Source of the DNA: Dictyostelium discoideum
Lineage: Eukaryota
Assembly: GCA_000004695.1 (NCBI GenBank)
Contig: CM000151.3
Coordinates: forward strand, 7,584,001-7,648,000
Direction: 5' to 3'
Length of the DNA stretch: 64,000 nucleotides
The stretch's first letter is position 1, and each line of letters starts with the position of its first letter. A program made the translations under genes and the position numbers. A model generated the notes under the pieces. That model worked only from the letters and a program-made list of their open reading frames with translations, searched no databases and was not told the DNA's origin. Positions 12,601 through 25,681 of this stretch are shown here, in pieces.

Positions 12601-14450
12601 TTTTACCATTTTGATTAATAACATATGTTGTTGGATCTAATGAAATTGTTAAATTAATTTTCCATAATGTTACATCGAATCCAATATCATTACCAGTTAC
12701 CATTACTTTATTAAATATACCATCATTAATTAATTCTACTTTTGGTCTAAATGTTGTGCATGGTGTTTTTGTATTAAAGTTTGAAAACTTATTACCAGAA
12801 AATCTTGTCAACATTGATTTTTGTGTTAATTTTGAATAACTATTTATCGTTGTTACATTAAAATAACACGCAAAACAAGATGGAATTAATCTAAATTTTT
12901 AAATTAATAAAAAAAAATAAAGATTAGTAAGTAATTTGAATAAATAAATAATTTATAATCAACATACCCTGTTAAATTTCCAGTTGGGACAGATAGTTCA
13001 GTTGTGCACCATGAATTATCAACTGTACCAACAAAAAGATTTGGAGAATTTGTAAAATAATATGAACCACCAGAACCTAGAAATTTTGTGGGGAATTGTG
13101 TATTTTTTATTGAATTAAAGAAGGAAACTGTAGAATATGGACCCATATTAAGGTTATTTGGAAAAACCGTCAAGTTACCTGATAAAAAATTAAAATCACA
13201 ACTCTCTGGAGGAATTATTGGGAGTGCCCCATTCAAATGATAAAGATTTCCTGGAAAAAGGGTAATTGCTGTATAGGTGTGATTAACGAATGATGACATA
13301 TCATAATATTCAGTTGGTGCATCAAGTGTCGCACTTAGATAAAATTTTGATACTTTTGAATTGTCAAATAAATATTGATTAATTTGTCCAAGAGCACGGT
13401 ATATTGATAATTGATTGGATGATATTGTTTTCATAAAATTAATAGTTGAAAAATCAAATATTAGAGAAAATTGTAAATTTATATTGTTTAATTTGTACAT
13501 TGAAAAAGATACTATGTTATGTACATTGGCATAAAAATTCCCTAATACTGAGGTTCCAGATGGATTTGCGCCATCAGAGTTTAGATAAACATATACATTA
13601 GCAGGAGAAATGTCCAAATTATATATTCCACTATTAATATGCTCCAATCTCAATGTTGTACCATTTAAATCATTTGAATGTATAGTCCTTTTTATTTTTA
13701 AAATAAAAAAAAATAAAAAAAATAAAAAAAATAAAAAAATAAATAAATGAATAAAATTTATGTAAGAAATAAGAATTAGATTTTAGTTTTTTTTTTTTTT
13801 TTGTTTTTTTTTTTTTTATAGAAAATAAATATTTACAAGGATCTAATTGAAGGTAAAGGTTGAGTAATTCCACCTACCACTCCATTAATATTGATATACT
13901 TTGCTATTTGGACACTGGATATTTTTGTATATATAAAATCTGGTGATACTTTTAAATTATTAACCGTTCTTTAATAATAATAATTTTCAATTTTTTAGTA
14001 AATAATTTTGTTGAGAAAAAAAAAAAAAAAAAATTTAAAATACTTACAATTCCACCATCAGAGTAAAACAGGTTGAGAAATTAGATGGAAATAATATATT
14101 ATTTGTACCACCAGGTATTAAAAACCATCCTAAAAATAAAAAAATAAAAAAATAAAAATTTAATATTTATTAGTTTTGATATTAAATTAAAAAAAAAAAT
14201 TAAAAAATTAAAAAATTAAAATTAAACTTATTTCTTTTGAATATAAATTCCCAGAACAAGAAATATCAATTGTGGTGGTTGACAAATGTTTGAATAAAAA
14301 TCGAATGTGTCTTTTGTGAAATTTGGTAGAATAAAAATTTCATTTAAATAACCAACACGTATATTCATCTGGAACAAGAGGGGGGACTTGAGAATAACAC
14401 CCGACAATTATTAAAAATATAAAAAAAAGTTGAGATTTAATTAAAACCAT
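9644..14450 (-). CDS. gene B: tandem paralog of gene A (IPT/TIG + EGF-like repeat type-I membrane protein) with an expanded Cys-repeat array; 5' exon 1 appears decayed
   Basis: Exons (minus): 12890..9644 (1082 codons; ORF 9644-12814 extended to the acceptor aaatttag), 13687..12968 (donor GTATGT), 13968..13837 (…TVNNLKVSPDFIYTKISSVQIAKYININGVVGGITQPLPSIRSL; donor GTAAAT), 14129..14048 (GWFLIPGGTNNILFPSNFSTCFTLMVE; donor GTAAGT). Putative exon 1 is 14450..about 14235 (MVLIKSQLFFIFLIIVGCYSQVPPLVPDEYTCW...). Exon 1 has an in-frame TGA, a frameshift relative to gene A, no recognisable GT donor (GAAATAAGTTTAA where A has CGTAAATTAAT), and a phase mismatch with exon 2 (82 nt vs 81 nt in A). Confidence 0.6.
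11000..12000 (-). repeat. in-frame 120-bp (40-aa) tandem repeat array, about 8 copies, encoding CDSSHQG(N/S)DCSLPLIECPIVSGLPCNGGLNTCNNQTGTC units
   Basis: Consecutive copies are 90-100% identical at the nt level (e.g. 11161-11280 vs 11281-11400). The array is absent from gene A, which jumps from CICDSSHRGSDCSILFIECDPLDCNSNG directly to the shared C-terminal region. Confidence 0.85.
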
Positions 14451-14465
14451 TTTTTTTAATTATTG

Positions 14466-14517
<52 letters not shown>

Positions 14518-16197
14518 TAAAAAAAAAAAAAAAAAAAACCTTTCTAATATTCAGATGACTTTTTAATATTGATTAAAAAAAAAAAAAAAAAAAAAAAACC
14601 TGTTACATTGGGATGACGAAAAAAAAAAAAAAATAAAAAAAAAATAAAATTAATTGGTGAAGTGTTGTCTGGTTTTTGAATGGTTGGTTTTTAAAAAAAA
14701 ACGAAGAAAAATGCATTTTTTTTTATTAAATGTCAAAATATCTTTAAAAATATCTTTTTTTCATTTGATTTCGTCGATGATGTTTTGATTTTTTTTTTTT
14801 GTGCGTCAAAACGATCGTTCTTTTTTTTTTCCAAGCATTTCATAGAACGATTGTTTTTGTAAATTGGTATTTTTTTTTTTTTATTTTATTTTAAACGAAT
14901 ATGAACCAGTTTAAAAATTTCCTTTGATACCACCTGTTGACTGTTGTTTTTTTTTTTAAAAAAAAAAAAGATATTTTTTTTTTTCCATTATTTTCAATAT
15001 TAATTCTTAAAATATTTTTTTTTTTTTTTTTTTTTTTATTATTATTGAAAACTAAATAAAAGAGTATTTAATTTTTGGGGGAAACTTATATTTTTTTTTT
15101 TTTTTTTTTTTTTTTCCAAACAAAAATATTTTTTCCTAAAAAATCAAAAATTTTTAATAATTTGAAAATTTCCCCAAATTTTTTTTTTACAAATTTCCCG
15201 GGGGAAAAACCAAAGTATAACAATTTTTCGGGTATAGTATGGGGAGTTCCCCAAACTTTCCCCCCAATTAAATTTTTCCTAGTAAATCCTTTTTTCTAAA
15301 AAAAAAAAAAAAACCCAAAATTTTGCTTTGGGAAATTAATTTTTTAAAAAGTTTTATTTTAGTATCACTATTATTTTTAAGTTTTCTAAACAAAAGGGTT
15401 GTATTTTTATCCTTTTTAAAAATATTGGTTTTTTTTTTTTTTTTTTTTTTTTTTGATCAAATTTTTTTTTTTCTTGTTTTTTTAACCAAAAAAAAAAATA
15501 AAAAAAAAAAAATAAAAAATAAAAAATAAAAAAAATGGATTTTTTTTTTTTTAATTAAAATCTTTTTAAATTGATTCAACTTATTGCTTGGTGATTAAAT
15601 TAGATTATTTCGCAATTATTTTCTAGTATTGAAAATTAATTTTAATTTTTTATACTTTTTAAAAAAAAACAAAAAAAAAAAAAATAAATTAAAATTATTT
15701 TCAATTGATTTTTGGGGGTATAAATATCTTTTTTTAATTAGACACACATTTCAAAACATAAATGGCATCTTAAAAAAAAAAAAATAATAAAAATAATAAA
15801 AAAAATAAAACTCTAATTCGCAATAATCCTCCTATTTCAATATTAATATAACATAATAATACAAGCTTATTTTTAGTTTTTTTAATATAACCTTAGTAAT
15901 AAAAAAAAAAAAAAGATATTTTTAATAAAAAAAAAATCTAAATTTATTTTTTTATTTTTTTTATTTATTTTTTTATTTTTTAAAGGTGGGTCTGTTAATT
16001 TTTTTTTTTTTTTGAAAATAATTAAACAATAAAAACACTTTTTTTTATTTTTTATTTTTTTTAAATTAATTACAACAAAAAAAAATAAAAAATAAAAAAA
16101 AAAAAAAAAGAAAAATTCGAACCCCTTTTATCTTTTGAAAGTAAATTAAAAAAAAAAAGTGTTTATTTTTAACTATAGCATTAACCTTTTTTAAAAA

Positions 16198-17184
16198 ATG
16201 GTATGGAATAAAAAAAAAAAAAAAAAAATAATTATCATAAAATATATATATGTACTAATTTATTATTTATTAAAAATATATATAGGTAGAATTTACATTA
16301 TTAGAAGATGATGTTTATTTCCATGATTATATAGCAGATTTCATTCCTTTATTTGTATTATCAATTTTACTGGAATTTGTTATAAATGTATTTTTTAAAA
16401 AGAAAAAGAATTATCACTCATTAAGTGATTCATTAAGTAGTATGGGTACAGGTATATCAACAGTAGTTTTAGAAAGAATTGTACCATATACAATTTTATC
16501 ATCAATTGAATTTGTAGGTGCCGTATATATTTATAAACATTATAGATTTTTCGATGTTTCCGAATCTTCAATATTAGCCTGGATAATTTGTTTACTAGCT
16601 GTTGATTTTGTTTATTATTGTAAGTTTTTATATTTTTAAGTTTTTATATTTTTATATTTTTAATGAGGAAAAGAGTGTGTTGTGTGTTGTGATAATATAT
16701 ATAAATTACTAACACATATGTGTTTATTTTATTTTATTTTATTTTTTTTTTTAAAAAAAAAGGGTTTCATAGATTTGCACATGAAATTAATTTTATGTGG
16801 GCAACACATGTTACACATCATTCAAGTGATAAATATAATTTAACAACAGCATTAAGACAAAGTATATTTCAAATGTATTTCTCATGGGTATTATTTTTAC
16901 CAATTGGATTTTTCATACCACCAGGTATTTATGTATTTCATAAACAATTCAATACAATCAATCAATTTTGGATTCATACACAATTGATTGGTAAATTAGC
17001 ATGGCCAATTGAATTTATAATGAATACACCATCACATCATAGAGTTCATCATGGACGTAATCCAAAATATTTAGATAAAAACTATGCTGGTACATTAATA
17101 ATTTGGGATAGATTATTTGGAACATTCCAAGAGGAAGATACTATCACCAACACCACCACCACCACCACCAACACCACTGGTGAA

Positions 17185-17246
<62 letters not shown>

Positions 17247-17889
17247 AAATCAACGTGTTTTCTATGGGTTAGTACACCAATTTGAATCAAGTGATCCAAC
17301 ATGGTCACAAGTTCATCATTGGTTTGAAATTTATGAAAAACAAAAACAATATAACTCGGTTAAAGAGAAATTGAAATCAATTTTCTATGGGCCAGGTTGG
17401 AAAAAAGGTGATACCAATAGAATGGGTGATTTATCAAGTATTCCAATACCAACTGAAAAAGATGACCAATTACGAATTAAAGCATCATTATCAACATCAT
17501 TAAATATTTATTTGTTTATTCATTATTTTTTAGCATCATTTTTAGCATTGTCATTACGTTCACTATTTGAGGATAAAATTGGATCTGCAAATGTAACTTG
17601 TTCTTTTATTTTCGTATATTTCGGTTTAACTTCATTTGGTGCAATCTTTGATAGAAAATGGTATGCAATGATATTAGAACATTTTAGATTATGGTCTTTC
17701 ATTCTATACACTCTGTACTTAGAATCAACCAATCCAATCATATCTCAACAATTTCAAATCATCTCACTATTAAGATACATTTATTTCGTATCTTCATTAT
17801 TTTTAATTTTAAAGAAATTATCACCTTTATCAATTCTATCAAATTATTTAAAATCTTCAAAGAAATTATTAAATAATAAATTAGATTAG
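16198..17889 (+). CDS. alkylglycerol monooxygenase (AGMO/TMEM195)-like fatty-acid hydroxylase superfamily protein; 3 exons (16198..16200, 16286..16619, 16763..17889)
   Basis: Histidine boxes HRFAHE, HVTHHS and HRVHHGRN. Strong colinearity with human AGMO: ...VDFVYY|W|FHRFAHEINFMWATHVTHHSSDKYNLTTALRQS... and NTPSHHRVHHGRNPKYLDKNYAGTLIIWDRLFGTF. Intron 2 (GTAAGT 16620 ... AG 16762) splits the Trp codon (t|gg), recreating the conserved YYWFHR. The open frame upstream of Met16442 (VEFTLLEDDVYFHDYIADFIPLFVLSILLEF..., matching human QTLEEVPDYVKKATPFFISLMLLELV) has no ATG back to the stop at 16283. Proposed exon 1 is just the ATG at 16198, followed by GTATGG and an 85-bp AT-rich intron ending tatatatag. 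The (AAT)n at 17188-17250 encodes poly-Asn. Confidence 0.75.
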
Positions 17890-17898
17890 GAAACTTAC

Positions 17899-17933
<35 letters not shown>

Positions 17934-17972
17934 TAAATAAATTAAACCAAAAATAAAAATATATTTAAAATT

Positions 17973-19585
<1,613 letters not shown>

Positions 19586-20053
19586 TCTTTTAATATTATT
19601 ATTACTATTATTATCACTGCTACTACACTATATAAAAGTATTGTTTGTTTTTTTTTTTTTTTTTCTATTATTCGTTTTGTGTGTGTGAAGAAATAAAAAT
19701 AAAAAAATAAAAAATAAAAAAAAATAAAAAAATTTCAATCTAAAAAAAAAAAAAAAAAAAATAAAAATAAAATAAATTTAAAATTATAATATTAATTTAA
19801 ATAAAATAAATTAAAATAAAAAAAATATATATATATAAGATATTATAATAAAACAATTTAAATAATTAAAATTGAGAAAAAATAATAATTTTTCATCCAA
19901 ATATTGTTTATTTATGTTTATATATAGAATAAATAAAAAATGAAAAAAAAAAAAGCGGGAAAAAATAAAAATAACTAATTTTAGAAATACCCAAAACAAA
20001 ACCAACACACAATGACTTTTTTTTTTTTTTTTTTTTATTATTATTATGAATAT

Positions 20054-20790
20054 TTAATCATAACCAACTGGAATCATATCAGATAAAACTTCTTCTAAAA
20101 CTACTTTAATTTCTGAAGTTGAATCATCAGATAAAGTACATTTAACAAAAGTGCATTTAACTTTCATTTGAACCATTTCCAAAGCACCTCTCATTACACC
20201 ACATAGAATATTTGAATAGTAGAGTTTATGTTTATATTGATCTGGTAATTCGACGAAATCAATCAATGGATTATCTTCAATTGTTAAATGGAATTCCTTT
20301 CTATTTGCATCCCAATCACCAACATGAGCATTTACACCTAAAAACATTTTAAAACCAACTTTTGCAATAACTTCTGCTGTCTCTATAAAATCTGAACATC
20401 TACCAATACCTGATTTTGCTAAAAATTCTTCAATTAAACGAATTCCTATATTATATCCCATTTGTTCTAATTTTATATTAACTTGTTCAATATCTTCATA
20501 ATCTTTTATTAATTGTGTAACCAATGCTCCATATGTTAATGTGAATAATTCTGAATTCTATAATTTATTTAATTAATTAATTAATTAATTATGATTTTGA
20601 GATAATAAAAATAAAAATAATAATAATAATTTTTAAAAAAAAAAAAAAATAGTAATTAAAAATAAAAAAAAAAAATAAAAAAAAAAAAAAATGAAAATGG
20701 TAGCATATTTTTAAAAGAATTAAATCAACTTACAATTTTTTCAACTTTATTGAATACATCATTTCCTAATTTATCGTATTTTTTACTCAT
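20054..20790 (-). CDS. trappc3: TRAPP complex subunit Bet3 (TRAPPC3) ortholog; 2 exons (20790..20734, 20557..20054), 186 aa
   Basis: Exon 2 matches human TRAPPC3 almost residue for residue: ELFTLTYGALVTQLIKDYEDIEQVNIKLEQMGYNIGIRLIEEFLAKSGIGRCSDFIETAEVIAKVGFKMFLGV...LCGVMRGALEMVQMKV. Exon 1 is MSKKYDKLGNDVFNKVEKI, with donor GTAAGT (20733..) and acceptor aaattatag (AG 20559/20558). Confidence 0.9.
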
Positions 20791-21189
20791 TTTTTTGATT
20801 ATATTTTAAAATTTTATTATTATTATTAAAAGTACAAGATTGGGGTGTATATTATTAAATAAAAAATAAAAAAATAAAAATAAAAATAAAAAAAAATAAA
20901 AAAAAAAAAAAATAAAAAAAATAAACTTTCAAAAAAAAAATTAAAAAAAAAAATCTTTTCATGGTATTTTTTTTTTGTGTGTATTACCTTATAAATTTGG
21001 ATTAAAAAAAAAGGATAATTTTCCTATTGTTTTTATTATTTTTTTTTTTTATACATTGAAAATAAAAAAGGAAAAATTGAATAAAATTAAAAATTATTTA
21101 ATTTTATAAATAGAATTCACTTTATTCTTTTTTTGGCTTTTTGTCGAAACAAAGAATTTTCGCATTTTCATTGAATCACCCGGCCACTT

Positions 21190-21220
<31 letters not shown>

Positions 21221-21816
21221 ATCTGGTGTCTGGCTTATTTTTTTTAAAATTTTAATAAAATATCACTTCATTTAAAATATTGTAATTAAATTTTCAAGTA
21301 AATCAATAACCTTTTTTTTTTTTTCAAACTTTTTTGCATTAAAGTAAAAAAAAAAAAATAATAATACTTAATTGGAAAAAAGTAGAAATGCAAATATTCT
21401 TAGTTTCATAATCTTGGCAAAATATTTTTAGATTTGAAAAGAAATAAAAAAAAAAAAAATTAAAAAATAAAATAAAATTAAAAAAATTTAAAAAATTAAA
21501 AAAAAAACACAAAACAGACAACCGTTATATTTTTGGTGGACCAAAAATAATTATTTAATTTTTATTTTATTTTTTTATTTTTTTTTTCCACTTTTTTTAA
21601 TCACAAAAAAAAAAAAAAAAAAAAAAATCATTTTTCATAAAAAAAAAAAAAAAAAAAAAAAAAAATAAAATAAAATAAAATACATGTTATTTTATCTACC
21701 AAATTAACCTTTCCATTTTAATTTTTCTATATTCATTTTATTTTATTTTATTTTTTTTTTTTTTTCATACACGCACTCACATAATTTGACCATATCACTC
21801 ACTCACCCACCCATTC

Positions 21817-21851
<35 letters not shown>

Positions 21852-21968
21852 AAATTTTTTATTTTTTATTTTTTATTTTTTTTAAAATTTTATAATAATT
21901 ATAATAATAAAAAAACTATATATATCTTTTAGATATATCTCTATAAATATTTATTAATTATTATAAAA

Positions 21969-24900
21969 ATGGAAAATAATAATTCCAATAATAATAATAA
22001 TAATAATTTATCAACATTAAGAAAATCAAATATTAATGGTGGTAATTCAAATATAGTTCAAAGTTGTTTATCATTTTTACATAGAAGTTTATCAATAAAG
22101 AAATGGATTGAAAAGATATTAGGAGAGAAATTAAGTGAGGATCATCATGATGATAATGATGGACTGTTATTATTTGGTAAATTAATGAACGGAGTTGTAT
22201 TATGTAAATTAATGTCATGTTTAAAGAGTAACTCAATTCCAAAGATACACACTGGTGAAAGTATTTTAAATTTTAAAATTAGGGAAAATCTTTGTTTCTA
22301 CATTCAAGCATTGGAAGATATTGGTATTAGTAGACATTTTCAATTCCAAGTACCAGATTTACTAGAGAAAAAGAATTTACTTAAAGTATTGGAATCATTG
22401 GAAGTTTTAGCAGATGATTGTACAGACTTTGAAAAACCAATAGAATTATCCGATGAAGAATCATTATTAATTCAATTCACTGATAAACAATTATCAGACA
22501 CTGAACAAATCTTAAAGAAATTAAATGTAACTCATATAAAAAGACAATCACTTAAAAAGTTAACTTCAAATGAACCAAAAAGATTCACAACTTCTGGTAC
22601 AACTTTATCACATTCAACTGGTAGTAGATTAACATTTGGTGGTGGTAGTTCAAATTCTTCAACTGGCAATAGCAATGGCAGTAGCAGTGGCGGTGGTAGT
22701 AGCTTATCTCATTCTGGTGGTGCTCCTCACTCATCCTCAACTCCTTCTTCTTTATCCTCGTCTAGTAATGGTGGTAGTGGTCTAACACAATCTGGTGGTG
22801 GTAGTAGAACATTTCAAACTAGAATTGTGTCAACACCAGCAAATGTTAAACCAAAAGCACCATTATCAGTTGCACAAATTTTGGATAAAGCAAGACCATT
22901 TGAAAAGAGATGGATAAAGATTCAAGCATTCTTTAGAGGACATTTAGCAAGAAAAGCATATCAAAAACGTGTTAGATTTGCAGCATACAGACATAACATT
23001 GTCAAAGAGTTATTAGCAACTGAACAAGTTTATATAGATAGTTTAGATCATGTAGTGGCACATTATTTCAATCCAATGCGTGAGGAATCCTCAAAATTAA
23101 ATATTAAACTGGATCATTTCGGTTTACTAATTTCAAATCTTGAAGTCATTATCAACTATAATAAAAATCTATTACAAAATATTAAACCAAAAGTTGAAAA
23201 TTGGTCACATTCTCAAACAATTGGTGATATTTTTGAACAATTTGTAAAGTATTAAAAATATACAAAAAACCCAAAGAAAACACACAAACACTCATACTAA
23301 TTTTTATAATCTATTTTTTTTTTATTTATTAGACACTTTACTTAAAAGTTTATACTCAATATGTTAAAGAGTATAGTATTTTCTTTGAAGCAATTAATAA
23401 TTTACGTAAAAGTAATACTAAATTCGAATCATTTATAGTTGAAAAAGAATATAATGATAATTATAAATCAATTGGAACTTATTTAATTTTACCAATTCAA
23501 AGAATTCCAAGATATACTTTATTATTAACTGTAAGTTTATTAATTATTAAATTATTTATTATTTTATTATTTTATTATTAATTATTATTTTTTTGTTTTT
23601 TTATTTATTTTTTTTTTTCAATAGGAATTATTAAAAAATACATGGAGTGATCATTTAGATTATAATAATTTACAATTATCATTAAAAAAGATGCAAGAGG
23701 TTGCATTATATGTAAATGAAAAAAAGAGAGAGGCAGAGAATATTGCAAAAGTAACAGAGATTCAAAATAATTTCATTGGTAAATTTGAAAACCTTGCTGA
23801 ACCACATAGAAGATTTGTATTTGAAGGTCATCTAAGTGTTATTGGTCCAGGTGGTAAAGAATCACAAAGAGTAGTTTATTTATTTAATGACGTTTTAATT
23901 AGTACAAAACCAATTACAAGTGGTTTAGTAAAGAAAAAAGTCTCTTTAAAAGTTAAAGAGTCAATTAGAATGAATTTGGTTACAATAAAATCAAAATCAA
24001 ATAATAATAATAATAATAATATAGAAAATAGCGAAAATAATAATAATAATAATAGTAATAATAATATAGCGAATAATAATACACCAACGAAAATATCATC
24101 AACACCAAAATCATCATCAGCATCATCTTTATTAAGTAATTCGACACCATCTTCACCATCACCATCAACAACCAACACTACAACGAATACACCACAACCA
24201 ACACCAACACCAATATCATTATCATCATCAATGCCATCACAACCAACAAAACCAACAACATTGAAACCAGTACCACCACCAAGATCACAAGCAACTTTTA
24301 ATGTTACTTCACCAACACCAAATCCAACAACAACAAATCCAACAACAACAAATCCAACAACAACAAATCCAACAACAACAACAACAACAACAACAAATAA
24401 ACCAACAATTGGTGTTAAAACATCATCATCATCAATAACAATATCAAGTACAAATAAAGAAGTTGTTGAATCAACAAAACCAAGATCATCAACGACTGTT
24501 GTAAATAATAGTACAAATATTAATATTCATAATCAAATTAGACAACCAACACCAATTGCATCAGTAACGGCATCAAGTTCACAAGAGAGATTAATCATTG
24601 AGGAGAAGATGAAAAAACAAAATCAAACCATTGAATTAATTGATACTTTTGGTACTTGTGTATTAAAATTATTATGTTCATCAGTTAAAGAGAAAGATCA
24701 ATGGGTAAGTGAAATTAAAAAAGTTTATGAAGATTTAGATAATAAGAAAATTATAAATGATGAAGCAATGAAAAGATCACAAGAAAGAGCAGGTCTTGCT
24801 AAAGCTGCCTTATCACAACAATATGCTACTTTACGTGTTAAAGGTAGATTATGTGATTTAAATACTTTAAAAACTAGTATAAATCAAGAAGAAGATGGTA

Positions 24901-25442
24901 GTAATAATAGTAATAGTAATAATAGTAGTATTAATAATAGTCCAACAACATCATCACCAATTGTAAATAGTGTTAATGGTAGTGGTAGTGGTAGTGGTGG
25001 TGGTGGCGGTAGTGAACAACAGGATGGTTCTACAAGTAATACAACAAATACAAGTGGTGAAAGAGAATTTAATGTTTTAAGAAGACAAACTTTATCAGCA
25101 AGAAGATCTCAAAATAATGCAACACCACCCCCACCACAATCACAATCTACCACTACTGCCAATACCAACACCACCACTACCAATGATAGTGCAAGTGATC
25201 ATAGTGATACTGATGAAAAGAAAAATGAAAAATCACATTCTAAAACTGGTACAGGTTGGTTCTCATCTTTAAGAAAGAAAAAGAAACATCCAAGTATTCA
25301 AGACACTTTTGGTCTAGATACTTCACCAATTACACCTTCCGATATAAAATCTTCTACCTCAACAACAACACCACCAACTTCAACTTCAACTTCAACTCCT
25401 CCACAATCAAACACTGTAATTTTAAAGCAAGATAACTTGTAG
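21969..25442 (+). CDS. Rho/Rac guanine-nucleotide exchange factor with N-terminal calponin-homology domain, IQ motif, DH domain and PH domain; 3 exons (21969..23243, 23333..23530, 23625..25442), about 1096 aa
   Basis: CH: KWIEKILGEKL...DGLLLFGKLMNGVVLCKLM...ENLCFYIQALEDIGI. IQ: RWIKIQAFFRGHLARKAYQKR. DH: IVKELLATEQVYIDSLDHVVAHYF...IGDIFEQF|TLYLKVYTQYVKEYSIFFEAINNLRKSN...YLILPIQRIPRYTLLLT|ELLKNTW. PH-like: RFVFEGHLSVIGPGGKESQRVVYLFNDVLIS. Introns are GTAAAG...tattag and GTAAGT...aatag. The architecture resembles the Dictyostelium gxc-type RacGEFs. The C-terminus has long S/T/N/P low-complexity regions. Confidence 0.75.
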
Positions 25443-25681
25443 ATATACTAATAATTATATTAGTAATAATAATAATAATAACAAATAAATAATAATAAAT
25501 TCAAAAAAGCAAATAAAAAAAAAAAATAAAAAAAAAAAAACAAATAAGTAATAACAAAAATAAAAATATTTTAAAAAACAAATTATTTAAATTATTTTAT
25601 AAATTTTATATGCACAATCTTATTTTATTTATTTTTTATTTTTTATTTTTTTTTTAACAATTTGTATTAAAAAAAAAAAGA

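Larger units (their letters stand above)
5141..14460. repeat. tandem segmental duplication: unit A about 5141-9544, unit B about 9545-14460
   Basis: Both units start with agacacgtattaattataaacatcaaactacaaatagggttttttattatatata. 5219-6640 vs 9644-11060 are about 99% identical at the nt level (proteins differ by a few residues). The upstream exons 7473-8333 vs 12904-13653 are only about 50% identical at the aa level. Promoter regions are related but strongly diverged. Confidence 0.85.

Noticed and set aside
15075-15529. Two plus-strand ORFs (74 and 68 aa) rich in Phe/Lys
   Set aside because: Homopolymer-driven, with no start context or homology. They lie in the 1.7-kb intergenic region between gene B and the AGMO gene.
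16105-16135. GGTTCGAAtt-like match to a tRNA B-box (revcomp of gaaaaattcgaacccc)
   Set aside because: No A-box, acceptor stem or anticodon arm can be built, and the flanks are pure A/T.
23876-24178. Minus-strand ORFs (100 and 63 aa, poly-Leu/poly-Tyr) inside the RacGEF gene
   Set aside because: Antisense to a strongly supported coding exon, and low complexity mirrors the sense-strand poly-N/T region.
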